A stretch of DNA of 64,000 nucleotides from an uncultured bacterium. Its GTDB lineage: Bacteria; Acidobacteriota; Vicinamibacteria; Vicinamibacterales; UBA8438. This document shows positions 48,198-58,184 of this stretch, in pieces (within the stretch, counting starts at the first letter, position 1; each line of letters begins with the position of its first letter). The stretch lies in NCBI GenBank assembly GCA_963934795.1, contig CAWWAF010000001.1, positions 15,815-79,814 of the forward strand, given 5' to 3'. The translations under genes and the position numbers were made by a program. Under the pieces are notes generated by a model, which made no database searches, was not told the origin of the DNA, and saw only the letters and a program-made list of their open reading frames with translations.

Positions 48198-48973
48198 ATG
48201 ATGCCCACAGAACACACCGTGTCTGTCAACGGATTCGAGCTGCGCTACCAACTCAGCGGGCACGGTGACCCGCTGCTGCTCCTGCACGGGTTTCTCGGGT
48301 CCGGTGACACCTGTCCACCATCCTCGGCGGCCTCGATCGGTTCGACCAGCATTACCAGTTGATCGTGCCAGACCTGCGTGGCCACGGGGGCTCGACCAAC
48401 CCCAGCGGCGAATTCAGCATGCGTCAGTCCGCGCTCGACATCTTTGCGTTACTCGATCATCTCCATATCGAGCGCTGCAGGGCGATCGGGATGAGCGGGG
48501 GCGGCATGACCCTGTTGCACATGGCCACCCAGGCCCCCCACCGGGTGCAAGCGGCGGTGTTGATCAGCGCCACGACCCACTTTCCTGAGCAGGCTCGGAC
48601 CCTGATGCGGGGTACGACGGAAGAAGCCCAGACGGAGGACAGTTGGACCATGATGCGCACCTCGCATCATCACGGGGACGAACAGATTCGGGCGATCTGG
48701 CGAGTGGCACAAGGGTTTGCCCAGAGCAAGGACGACATGGCGTTCACCGCAAAGACCTTGGCGTCCATCACGGCTCCGACGCTAGTCGTGCACGGTGACC
48801 GCGACCCCTTCTTCCCCTTGGACATCGCGCTCTCGATACACGACGCCATTCCGGCGTCCTGGCTCTGGGTCGTGCCGAACGGTGGACATCTGAGCCTGGT
48901 CGCTGAGGGCTTGTCGGATCAATTCGTGGTCACGGCCACGGCGTTTCTCCGGGGTGACTGGCCGTCGACCTAG
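48198..48973 (+). pseudogene. Alpha/beta hydrolase, frameshifted by an apparent 1-nt deletion near 48312..48313.
   Basis: Frame A gives MMPTEHTVSVNGFELRYQLSGHGDPLLLLHGFLGSGDT. Homology continues in the next frame as STILGGLDRFDQHYQLIVPDLRGHGGS...GMSGGG...GDRDP...GGH. Restoring one G in acc-tg-tcc (to acc tgg tcc) gives GSGDTWSTILGG. Confidence 0.7.
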
Positions 48974-49016
48974 TCTCCAGGACCTCTGCGTCCGCCTCGT
49001 GTGGCACACTCTACCC

Positions 49017-51014
49017 ATGTTCCACAGACACACGACACGTGCGGTCCACACCCTGTTTGCCGTGCTCCTGGTGACAGCGGCCCAGGCATCGGCCCAACAG
49101 GGCGCTCCGAACGGCGAGTGGCCGACCTACGGCGGCGACCTCGGACACACGCGGTACTCGGCACTCGACCAGATCGACGCCGGCACGTTCAATGATCTGG
49201 AATTGGCGTGGCGATTCAACACCGCGAATCTGGGGCCCGGACCGGAGTACATCTTCCAGTCGACGCCGCTGATGGTGAACGGCGTGCTCTACACGACGGC
49301 CGGCACCCGACGGGCCGCGGTGGCCCTGGACGCCACGACCGGCGAGATGCTGTGGATCCACCGACTCAACGAAGGTGAACGGGGCGCTGGCGCACCGCGC
49401 CGGTTGTCTGGTCGCGGGCTGACCTACTGGAACGACGGCGACGACGGCGTCATCTTCTACGTGACGCCCGGCTACCGCTTGATTGCCCTCAACGCCCTTA
49501 CCGGACGGCGCATGGCTGACTTCGCTGACGAGGGCATGTTGGACCTGAAACAAGGGCTGGATCAGGACCTCGCGTCGGACGCCGAGATCGGTCTGCACGC
49601 GGCCCCGGTGATCTCGAACGGGGTCATCATGATCGGCGCGGCCCATCTGGCAGGCGTTGCGCCCGCCACGAAAGAAAAACCGAAAGGCTATGTGCGCGGC
49701 TTCGATGCGCGGTCCGGTGAGCGGAAATGGATCTTCCACACGATCCCGACCGCCGACGAGCTGGGCAACGACAGCTGGGGCAACGACTCGTGGCGCTACA
49801 CCGGGAACACGGGCGTCTGGGGCCAGATGACCATCGACGAAGAGCTCGGCTACGTCTATCTCCCGGTGGAGATGCCGACCGGCGACCTCTACGGTGGGCA
49901 TCGTCCAGGCGACAACCTGTTTGCCGACAGCATTGTGGCGATCGAGATCGCCACCGGCAACCGGGTGTGGCACTTCCAGACCGTGCACCACGACGTCTGG
50001 GACTTCGACCTGCCAAGCGCTCCCATTCTGGTCGACATCACGGTGGAGGGTCTGGCGATCAAGGCGGTCGCACAGCCCACCAAGATGGGTTTTCTGTTTG
50101 TGCTCGACCGAACCAACGGCGAGCCGGTGTGGCCGATCGAAGAACGCCCGGTTCCACAATCGGACGTCCCTGGCGAGATCACCTCCGCCACCCAGCCCTT
50201 CCCCACCAAGCCACCGCCGTTCGACCGCCAAGGTGTCACAGTCGACGACTTGATCGACTTCACGCCGGAGCTACGGCGACGGGCCGAGGAAGTCGTGACA
50301 CGTTACCGGATGGGACCGCTCTTCTCCCCGCCGTCCGTGGCGACATTGGACGGCACGCTGGGAACGCTCCACCTGCCTGGCCTGACCGGGGGCTCGAACT
50401 GGCCAGGTGGCTCGTTCGACCCCGAGACCGGCATCTTCTACCAGTACTCGAAGACCGAGGTCCACGGTTTGGGGCTGGTCAACAATCCCGAGCGCTCGAA
50501 CATGGACTACATCATGGGGCGACCGCGACCACCGGCCGGGGCCGCCGGAGGACGCGGGGGTCGAGGCGGGGGCGGGTTCGTGGGTACTAACATCGAGGGC
50601 ATCACGATCGTCAAACCACCATGGGGGCGGATCACCGCCATCGACCTGAACCGGGGGGAAATCGCGTGGCAGGTGGCGCACGGCGAAACCCCGGACAACA
50701 TCCGAAATCACCCACTGCTGGAGGGCATCGATGTCCCGCGTACCGGGGTCGCGAACGCCCGCATCGGCACGCTGGTTACCAGGACGCTCGTCATCGCCGG
50801 CGACGGCGGCTTGTTCACGAACGCGGAGGGAGTCCGAGGCTCCGCGCTCCGCGCGTACGACAAGGCTACCGGCGCGGAAGTGGGCACCGTGGCGTTGCCG
50901 GTACCGGCCACCGGGTCGCCGATGACCTACATGGCCGACGACGAGCAGTATCTGGTGGTGGCGATCGCCGGTGGTGGATTCGCGGGCGAGCTGTGGGCGT
51001 TCAAAGCCCCGTAG
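49017..51014 (+). CDS. PQQ-dependent dehydrogenase (quinoprotein glucose/alcohol dehydrogenase superfamily), exported.
   Basis: Signal peptide, then GEWPTYGGDLGHTRYSALDQI. Eight-blade propeller W-motifs. Contains VHHDVWDFDLPSAP. Confidence 0.9.
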   Translation: MFHRHTTRAVHTLFAVLLVTAAQASAQQGAPNGEWPTYGGDLGHTRYSALDQIDAGTFNDLELAWRFNTANLGPGPEYIFQSTPLMVNGVLYTTAGTRRAAVALDATTGEMLWIHRLNEGERGAGAPRRLSGRGLTYWNDGDDGVIFYVTPGYRLIALNALTGRRMADFADEGMLDLKQGLDQDLASDAEIGLHAAPVISNGVIMIGAAHLAGVAPATKEKPKGYVRGFDARSGERKWIFHTIPTADELGNDSWGNDSWRYTGNTGVWGQMTIDEELGYVYLPVEMPTGDLYGGHRPGDNLFADSIVAIEIATGNRVWHFQTVHHDVWDFDLPSAPILVDITVEGLAIKAVAQPTKMGFLFVLDRTNGEPVWPIEERPVPQSDVPGEITSATQPFPTKPPPFDRQGVTVDDLIDFTPELRRRAEEVVTRYRMGPLFSPPSVATLDGTLGTLHLPGLTGGSNWPGGSFDPETGIFYQYSKTEVHGLGLVNNPERSNMDYIMGRPRPPAGAAGGRGGRGGGGFVGTNIEGITIVKPPWGRITAIDLNRGEIAWQVAHGETPDNIRNHPLLEGIDVPRTGVANARIGTLVTRTLVIAGDGGLFTNAEGVRGSALRAYDKATGAEVGTVALPVPATGSPMTYMADDEQYLVVAIAGGGFAGELWAFKAP

Positions 51015-51039
51015 GCATGCCGCAGCCCGGCGGTCCGCG

Positions 51040-52677
51040 CTACGGCCCAACCGTTGGCATCTGGATGCCACGGTCCGTCGGGTCAAACACCGCTTCCATC
51101 TTGGCGTCGCGATCGGCCACGAACTGAATCTGGTCTCGCCGCGTTTGCAGACAGTCGTGGCAGACCGATCCGGGCACCGTGTGCCCATCGCCCTCGGCAC
51201 TGATACCCCGCTCAGCCATGAGCGCCTCCAGGTGGGCTGCCGTGAGCACCTGCGCCTTGTAGAAATCGGAATAGCTCAGGCCGCGGGCAATGGCCAGTGG
51301 CGACCACCCATCCACGGTGCGCGCGTCGAGATCGGCGCCCTGAGCGACCAGGTAGTCAACCACTTCGTTGGCTCCCCGGAAGGCAACCCCATGAAGCGCG
51401 GTCTCGCCACGATAGTTCGCGGCGTTCACGTCGTTCCCGACCTCGACGAGCATGCTAACGGCTTCGAGCACCTCATCCTCCTGACCCGGAAGAGACCCCC
51501 CGTCCTCGCCAGGATTCCAGAGAGCCAGGCCGGCCGCCACCATCAACGGCGTCGTGCCGTCGGCGCTGGGCATCAGCGGATCAGCACCAGCGTCAAGCAG
51601 GACCCGCATCGCCTCGACATCGGTCACCTTCGACGCCAGCATGAACGGGGTGGCGCCGAGCCGATTGAATCGGTTCCGCTGACCGTCCCGCATCCCATTG
51701 CGGGTCATTCGTGTATTGACCTCGACCCCGTCCGCCAACAGCCTTCGGATGAAATCGATGCTATCGAGGGTGCCCGAGGCAAACGGCCCAGGGGTGCCAA
51801 ATCCGACATTCATGCGGCGGGTGCGCACCGCTTGATGCAACGCGTTCCAGCCCGCCCCGGCATGGTTCGGGTCGGCGCCACGGTCGAGCAAGTAGGCGGC
51901 CAGCTCCCAATTGGCGTTGGCGGCCGCAATCACTAGCGCGCTCTGGCCGTCCGATACGGCGTCGTTGATATCGGCCCCGGCGTCCAACAGCACCGTGGTC
52001 GTCTCGAAATGCCCACTCCGCACGGCGAAGAGTAGCGGCGTGAAACCGGTGGCTGGCAGGCTCGCGAAGGTCCGGCCGCGCCCTGGCGGAGGATTGTCGG
52101 TCCGGGCATTGATGTCAGCCCCCAGCTCGGCCAGCGCGTGAACCACGGCCGCGTTGTTCTTCGCGGCCGCCCACATCAGTGCCGTCTGGCCGCGCAGCGC
52201 CTCGCGCGCGTTCGGGTCCGCACCACGCAGGAGCAGCACGCGGACCGCATCCGGGTCTCCAGTACGCGCGGCGGTCATCAGTACCGTCTCGCCTCCCGGC
52301 ATCGTGCGGTTCGCGTCCGCACCCGCATCGAGGAGCCGTTGCAACATCGGCGCGTCGCCATTTTCAGCCGCCAACCACACCGGGCTGACACCGTGTCTGT
52401 TCGCGGAGGTGACGTCGGCACCGGCCTCCAGCAGCAGATCGACCATCTCGGGTCGCTGCTCGTGCACCGCCCACTGCAACGCCGTCGACCCGTCGCCCAT
52501 GCGAACGTCGACGTTATCCGTCTCGTCGAGGATGCCACGCACGGCGTCGAGAGCACCACGACGCACCGCATCGATGAGCGGCGAATCAGCTGGGGCCAGG
52601 GCCACCAGTGAGGTCGACCCTGCCAGCCCCACGGCGACAACCAACAGCCCGACCGGCGCGATTCGCAGTAGTCTCAT
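51040..52677 (-). CDS. Exported ankyrin-repeat protein; third gene of module copy 2.
   Basis: Signal peptide MRLLRIAPVGLLVVAVGLAGS. Many ANK repeats. Long collinear similarity to 7351..8724 (for example RGQTALMWAAA in both). Confidence 0.85.
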   Translation of the reverse strand: MRLLRIAPVGLLVVAVGLAGSTSLVALAPADSPLIDAVRRGALDAVRGILDETDNVDVRMGDGSTALQWAVHEQRPEMVDLLLEAGADVTSANRHGVSPVWLAAENGDAPMLQRLLDAGADANRTMPGGETVLMTAARTGDPDAVRVLLLRGADPNAREALRGQTALMWAAAKNNAAVVHALAELGADINARTDNPPPGRGRTFASLPATGFTPLLFAVRSGHFETTTVLLDAGADINDAVSDGQSALVIAAANANWELAAYLLDRGADPNHAGAGWNALHQAVRTRRMNVGFGTPGPFASGTLDSIDFIRRLLADGVEVNTRMTRNGMRDGQRNRFNRLGATPFMLASKVTDVEAMRVLLDAGADPLMPSADGTTPLMVAAGLALWNPGEDGGSLPGQEDEVLEAVSMLVEVGNDVNAANYRGETALHGVAFRGANEVVDYLVAQGADLDARTVDGWSPLAIARGLSYSDFYKAQVLTAAHLEALMAERGISAEGDGHTVPGSVCHDCLQTRRDQIQFVADRDAKMEAVFDPTDRGIQMPTVGP

Positions 52678-52755
52678 CTCGATCTCCCAGTGCCCGCAGA
52701 TGCGGGTGCGACGAACCAGCACAGCCGCTCCCCATGTCTGGCGGCCGCCACTGTC

Positions 52756-54099
52756 CTACAGATCCGCTAGTCGCCCCGTACTGTCCGACACACGGTCGAC
52801 ACGTGCGCCCACCTTGTCGAGCAGGCTCACCCCCAAGTTCATGAACGGGGTGTCGAGCTCGTATTGCAGATGGCGTCCGCCGACGAGCTGTCCGTTGCCA
52901 CCACCAACCAGCGTGACGGGCAGGTTGTAGGGCGTGTGATGATCGCCATCCCCCATGCCCGTGCCATACAGCAGAATCGTGTGGTCGAGCAGCGTGCCGT
53001 CGCCGTCCGGCGTGTTGTGCATTTTCTCGACCATCTGTGCGAAGAGCGACATCTGGTGCGTGTTGATCTTCGTGTACTGCTCGATATTGTGCGGATCGAG
53101 TTGATGGTGCGACACGCTGTGGTGTGCCTCGGGCACGCCAATCTTCGGGTAGGTGCGCCCGCTCAGCTCGCGAGCCATCTGGGTGCAACTCACCCGGGTG
53201 ACGTCTGCCTGGTAGGCCAGCACCAGCATGTCGAACAGCAACAACACATGTTCGTCGTACTCTTCGGGCACGCCGCCTGGCTGCTCGACCGCGGGCAAAG
53301 GTGTCGCCGCATTGCCCTGCTCGGCCCGCTGAATCCGCCGTTCGATCTCCCGCACGGCGTCGAGATATTCCTCGACCGACGATCGGTCCCGCAGACCCAA
53401 GCGACGCTCGAGACGGGCAATACTCTCGGTCACGGAGTCGAGAATGCTGCGGTCGGTCTGCATCTGCGCCAGACGCGCTTCCATGCTGCCGCCATCGCCG
53501 AACAGACGCTGAAACACCACGCGCGGATCACGCTCGTGCGGTAGTGGCGTGGTCGCGGTGCGCCAGGACGTCGAATTCTGATAGGTGCAGCTGTAGCCGT
53601 TCTCGCAGTTCCCTACCGTGAAGTTCGATTCAGTCGTCAGCTCAAGCGACCGCAGCGAGGTGTCGGCACCCAGCGTGTCGGCGGCGTACTGGTCAATGGT
53701 CTTGCCGGCCTCGATATCCGCGCCTTCCGTCCGTTTGGGAAGCACACCGCTCAGCCAACCCCCGTGGGCGCGGGTGTGTACCCCGCCGCCTTCATTCGTG
53801 CTCACGAGACCACGGTTGCTCAGACCGCTCACCACCACCAACTGATCACGGTAGGGCTCGAGCGGCTTGAGAATCGGAGACATCTCGAAATCCCGCCCTC
53901 CGCCGCCGGCCGGGTGGAAGTTCGGCAGGAACATGCCGTTGGGCGCATACACGAACCCGAGCCGTGGAATGGGGTTCGCCGCGGTGCGCGCCGTGGCCGT
54001 CAGTGCGGGCGCCATGGCGTCGAGGAACGGCAGGGCGACGGTGGCACCGATGCCTCTGAGCACGGTCCGGCGCGGCAGCGCCTTCTTGGTGACAATCAT
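52756..54099 (-). CDS. DUF1552 domain protein with a Tat-like signal; module copy 2.
   Basis: Contains MIVTKKALPRRTVLRGIGATVALPFLDAM and HHSVSHH. The start overlaps the upstream stop by 4 nt. Confidence 0.9.
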   Translation of the reverse strand: MIVTKKALPRRTVLRGIGATVALPFLDAMAPALTATARTAANPIPRLGFVYAPNGMFLPNFHPAGGGGRDFEMSPILKPLEPYRDQLVVVSGLSNRGLVSTNEGGGVHTRAHGGWLSGVLPKRTEGADIEAGKTIDQYAADTLGADTSLRSLELTTESNFTVGNCENGYSCTYQNSTSWRTATTPLPHERDPRVVFQRLFGDGGSMEARLAQMQTDRSILDSVTESIARLERRLGLRDRSSVEEYLDAVREIERRIQRAEQGNAATPLPAVEQPGGVPEEYDEHVLLLFDMLVLAYQADVTRVSCTQMARELSGRTYPKIGVPEAHHSVSHHQLDPHNIEQYTKINTHQMSLFAQMVEKMHNTPDGDGTLLDHTILLYGTGMGDGDHHTPYNLPVTLVGGGNGQLVGGRHLQYELDTPFMNLGVSLLDKVGARVDRVSDSTGRLADL

Positions 54100-56555
54100 G
54101 ACTCGCTTCTCCTGTGCAAGAACGGATAGCTGTTCACGATGCCGATCACGATGGCATGCATCCCGTGGTCGTCCTCCGACGCCTCACGCACGATGCGCCG
54201 CACCGCCGGCATGTCGTAGTAGTCCAGGCCGCGGCCCAACGCATAGGTCAGCAGCTTCTCGGTCACGGTCGTGGCGAAACGATCGGGGCGCTCAACGAGC
54301 GCCGCCCGCAGTTCGGCCACGCCATCGAACGCCGTCCCATCCGGCAACACTCCGGATGTGTCCAGCACGTTGAACGACTCGTCCACCACGCGCGAGCGAC
54401 CGATGGCGTCGAACCGCTCCAGCGCGAATCCGGCCGGATCGATCATCGAATGACAGGCGGCGCAGGCGGGATTCGCCCTATGCGCCGACATCCGCTCGCG
54501 CATCGTCGCCACTTTGGCCTGGGTCTTCTTGTCGTTCAGCGCAGGAATCCCTGGCGGCGGATCGGGAGGTGGGGTGCCCAGAATGTTGTTGAGAATCCAC
54601 TTCCCACGGAGCACCGGCGAGGTTCGGATGGCGTGCGACGTCAGGGTCAGGATGCTGCCGTGACCCAGCAAACCACCACGAGCGCTGTCGGCCGGCAGGG
54701 CAACCCGGCGAAAGTGGCTGCCCTGCACGTTGGGAATGTCGTAGTGGTCGGCGAGGCGCTCGTTGAGGAACGTGTAGTCGGCCGTCAACAGATCGAATAC
54801 CCCACGATCCTCACGGACGACACTGTCGAAGAACAACTCGGTTTCGCGCAGCATGGCCTGGCGCAGGGTCTCGTCGAACGCCAGCGCATACGGGTCACCC
54901 GGCCGAACCACCTGCTCGAGGTTGCGAAGCTGCAACCACTGTCCGGCAAAGTTACGCGTGACAGACTCCGACCGAGCATCCGCAATCATCCGACGTGTCT
55001 GTTGCTCAAGAACCGCCGGGTCGCTCAGTGCGCCGCGCTCGGCCAACGAGAGCAGCTCGTCGTCAGGGATGCTGCTCCAGAGGAAGAAGGAAAGCCGGGA
55101 GGCCAGCTCGAGGTCGGTCACTTGATAGGACGCGCCCGGGGGCGAGTCTGCCGGGTCTCCTTCGATGCGCAGGAGGAATTCGGGGCTCACCAGCAGGCGC
55201 CGTAGCCCCATTTCGATACCCGCTTCGAAAGTGGCCCCGTCGCCACGACCCATCTCGTAGAAGCGGAGCAGTACATCGAGATCGGTACCGGACACCGGCG
55301 CCCGATAGGCGCGTCGCGCCAGCGTCGACAAGATGGTTCGCGCGCAGGCTAGCTCGTCAGCCGGAGTGGCCGGACGGCAGGAAAAAATGCGGTCACGGCT
55401 CGGCGTCTGCCCCGGCCCTCTGGCGTCGTGCGGCCCGGAGATACTCACGGTGCTGACGAATGGCAGGCTCCCACCCGGACCACCAGCGTTCCCGGACGTG
55501 CGGGGATTCTGGAAACGCTCTCGAACCTGTTCGACCAGCACCGGAGGATTCCGCGAAAAGGCCAGGGCCAGCTCGTGCCGCCCGGCACCGACGGGCACGC
55601 GCAAGTCGAGCCTGCCACCGGTGAGATACGGATTCGGCTCGCCCTCGCTGGGCGCGGGCCCCAACGTGTAGTGTTCGACCGGCTCCCCATCCAGGGTCAC
55701 CTCCAGCCGATGTTCTTCGCGCAGTCCTCGGTTGCCGTTCAATTGAACATGAACGTCATAGGCGGCATCGAGCGGAAAGAGATAGTCAACCAGCATTCCA
55801 CCCCGGGTGCCGAACGGCAGGCCTTGTGCGCGTTGATGCTGCTGCTCGTCCTGCGCCGCACGAAACGTCTCGGATACCACCCCCGGCGGTGGACTACCGA
55901 CGGCCAGCCGGCTAATCGATCGACTTGCGGCCAGATACCGCTCCAGCAGCGACTGCGACATCCGCAGCACGCCGCCGATGTTGTCGAAACCGAAACTCGC
56001 GTCGTCGGCCGGCAGCAGGTCGTCAACATCAACCTCAAGCGCCAGCAGATCCCGAACGGCATTGCGGTACTCGGTGCGGTTCAACCGGTGTAGAGCCACG
56101 GTTCGGCCGGGGTCCGGTGCCGCCATCCAGTTGCTGTCCAGTTGCGCTTCCAGCCACGACCGGAACCCGTCCAGCGTGGCCTCATCCGGCCGTGGGCGCC
56201 CGGCGGGCGGCATCAGCCCCGCGCGGAGCTTGCGTACCACCTGTTCCCAATGCTGTGCCGCATCGCCAACGCGGGACAGGTCGAGCGTATCGAGGCTCAG
56301 CCCGACCGCGCGCAGCTGAGACACCATGGGCGTGCGAGGAGCGTCGGTGCCGTCCACCACCGCCTCGCTGTGGCAGGTGACGCAGTACTGATCCAGCATC
56401 GCGGCGTAGGCGTTCACAGGCTCGTCGGCGGCCGTCGGCTGGGCTGCCGCCGCGCCGCCATACAGCAAGGCGGCAGTCAGCAAAGCCGCCGCGACCGCCC
56501 GGGCGCCGTGGATGCTTGTCAATTGCACTCCAGAAACGTCAACAGTGCTTTCCAT
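54096..56555 (-). CDS. DUF1592/DUF1595/DUF1587/DUF1588/DUF1585-family protein with two CxxCH motifs; module copy 2.
   Basis: 819 aa. Contains YCVTCHS near the N-terminus and CAACHSMIDPAGFALERFD near the C-terminus. Collinear with 10096..12660. Confidence 0.9.
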   Translation of the reverse strand: MESTVDVSGVQLTSIHGARAVAAALLTAALLYGGAAAAQPTAADEPVNAYAAMLDQYCVTCHSEAVVDGTDAPRTPMVSQLRAVGLSLDTLDLSRVGDAAQHWEQVVRKLRAGLMPPAGRPRPDEATLDGFRSWLEAQLDSNWMAAPDPGRTVALHRLNRTEYRNAVRDLLALEVDVDDLLPADDASFGFDNIGGVLRMSQSLLERYLAASRSISRLAVGSPPPGVVSETFRAAQDEQQHQRAQGLPFGTRGGMLVDYLFPLDAAYDVHVQLNGNRGLREEHRLEVTLDGEPVEHYTLGPAPSEGEPNPYLTGGRLDLRVPVGAGRHELALAFSRNPPVLVEQVRERFQNPRTSGNAGGPGGSLPFVSTVSISGPHDARGPGQTPSRDRIFSCRPATPADELACARTILSTLARRAYRAPVSGTDLDVLLRFYEMGRGDGATFEAGIEMGLRRLLVSPEFLLRIEGDPADSPPGASYQVTDLELASRLSFFLWSSIPDDELLSLAERGALSDPAVLEQQTRRMIADARSESVTRNFAGQWLQLRNLEQVVRPGDPYALAFDETLRQAMLRETELFFDSVVREDRGVFDLLTADYTFLNERLADHYDIPNVQGSHFRRVALPADSARGGLLGHGSILTLTSHAIRTSPVLRGKWILNNILGTPPPDPPPGIPALNDKKTQAKVATMRERMSAHRANPACAACHSMIDPAGFALERFDAIGRSRVVDESFNVLDTSGVLPDGTAFDGVAELRAALVERPDRFATTVTEKLLTYALGRGLDYYDMPAVRRIVREASEDDHGMHAIVIGIVNSYPFLHRRSES

Positions 56556-56640
56556 CTAAAACGGGCGCAACGGACCGCGTGACGTTATCGGACCATGCTA
56601 GACCGGCCGCAGGATGGCTGACAAGCGTAAAACAAGCCTA

Positions 56641-57711
56641 CTAGTTAGGGCCGCGTTGGACGGGCATCCCGAGCCGGTCGTTGACCTGTTCGGTGGCCCG
56701 TGGAAACCGACGCTCAAACGCCACGGTGGCGCGGGCCGTCAGACCATTGCCGGTGGCCTCGGTGGACGGCGCCAGAAAGAGCGCGGCCAAATCGCGGGCC
56801 TCGGCGAAGTGCACCCCGTCTTCGGGCCCCAGAACATACAGCGCCGTCGACAGCAGGTCCGCGACGAGGGGGTCCTGGTGCCAGACTGTCACTGATTCCG
56901 GGCGGTAGAGCGCGTCGCCCGATCGCGGATCCAGGATATGGGCGATTCGTTCACCGTCCACGCTGAAAGAGCGTTCCGATGCTCCGCTGGTAGCGAGCGA
57001 CCCCTCGATCAGCACAATGTCCATGGCAGGCTGGCTCCTGCGGGCCGGATCGGCAATGGCAAACGGCCAGCCCTCGGAATGTCTCGTGGCCGCCGACACA
57101 GCGACCTGACCGCCGAGATCTACCCACCACGGGAAATTGCTCTCGCCGTCGGCTTGCAAACGGCGCAAAGCCTCGCCCTTCCCGAAAGCCCCGGCATCGA
57201 GCGTGACGTCTGCCAGCCGCGTCACCCGGCACGCTCCTGTTTCGGAGTTAAACGCGAAGTGGTGAAATCCAGACACCGCGCGCGCTGTTAGAAGTTCGGC
57301 CTCGGATGGGCGTCGCCCCCCGTCCCGTAGCCCCCAGGCCTCGATCAGGGCACCCACGGCTGGGTCGAAAGCGCCGTCTGTTTCCACATGCCACCGGGTC
57401 AATATTGCCCAGAGCGCGCAGACGTCCTGCCCGACCTCAAACGGGTCGCCCACGGGTTGACGATTGAGGCGGCCGAGCTCGGTGTTCTCACGCCACGTGC
57501 TGAGCGTGGCCTCGCTCTGCTCCAGGCGCCGAACCATGCGGTCTAGCTGATTCAGCGCGGCGACCCGGTCCGGCGCGTGGACCGCGAGCGTCGCGCGCGT
57601 CCCCATCAGGTAAAGCGTGCGCTCGACTTCAACCGGACCGGCAGCCAGGAGCGAATACAGGAGCAATGGAGAGAGCGTGCCGAGCGCGACGAGGCTCGGC
57701 ACGCGGCTCAC
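56641..57711 (-). CDS. apbE: FAD:protein FMN transferase (ApbE family).
   Basis: 356 aa. Contains LMGTRATL, DGAFDPAVG, LDAGAFGKGEA, VDLGGQV and LATSGASERSF. Confidence 0.9.
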   Translation of the reverse strand: MSRVPSLVALGTLSPLLLYSLLAAGPVEVERTLYLMGTRATLAVHAPDRVAALNQLDRMVRRLEQSEATLSTWRENTELGRLNRQPVGDPFEVGQDVCALWAILTRWHVETDGAFDPAVGALIEAWGLRDGGRRPSEAELLTARAVSGFHHFAFNSETGACRVTRLADVTLDAGAFGKGEALRRLQADGESNFPWWVDLGGQVAVSAATRHSEGWPFAIADPARRSQPAMDIVLIEGSLATSGASERSFSVDGERIAHILDPRSGDALYRPESVTVWHQDPLVADLLSTALYVLGPEDGVHFAEARDLAALFLAPSTEATGNGLTARATVAFERRFPRATEQVNDRLGMPVQRGPN

Positions 57712-58184
57712 GCCGAGATGCCGACCTTGCTGGGAAACATGCTGGTGGAGTCTGACGACGCTCGACCAAGACGCCAGCTGATGAAGAGGTGCGCGCTGTA
57801 GCCGACGACGAACATGACACTGGTCGACACATGGGCCCAGACCATGGCCGTCACGAATTCAGGTGTCGATGCCACCTGCAGCAAGTAGCCGGACAGGGCC
57901 ATTGCCGAAAAACTAAGCAGTGACATCCAACCGGACCGCCGGTTCCTTGCACTCGGCGAGATGAGCTTCTTCAATGTGTGCGAACGAAACACCATGCCGA
58001 AAAAGGCAATGAAGACCGGCGCGGCAAGCAGATGCAGGGAGAGCATGGCCGGCTGCCACGGATGATTGATGACCGCGAACGGGTCAACCGCGGTCACGGC
58101 GTACTTCATGTAGAAATACGCGAGGCCGGTCACGGTCACGACGCCGTGCAAACCATTGAACGCCCACTGTTCCCACCACTTCAT
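57708..58184 (-). CDS. Small 4-TM membrane protein with intramembrane histidines (possible b-type heme carrier).
   Basis: 158 aa. His residues sit in predicted TM1 (NGLHGV), TM2 (LSLHLL) and TM4 (WAHVS, YSAHLF). It has 4-nt overlaps with both neighbouring genes. Confidence 0.7.
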   Translation of the reverse strand: MKWWEQWAFNGLHGVVTVTGLAYFYMKYAVTAVDPFAVINHPWQPAMLSLHLLAAPVFIAFFGMVFRSHTLKKLISPSARNRRSGWMSLLSFSAMALSGYLLQVASTPEFVTAMVWAHVSTSVMFVVGYSAHLFISWRLGRASSDSTSMFPSKVGISA

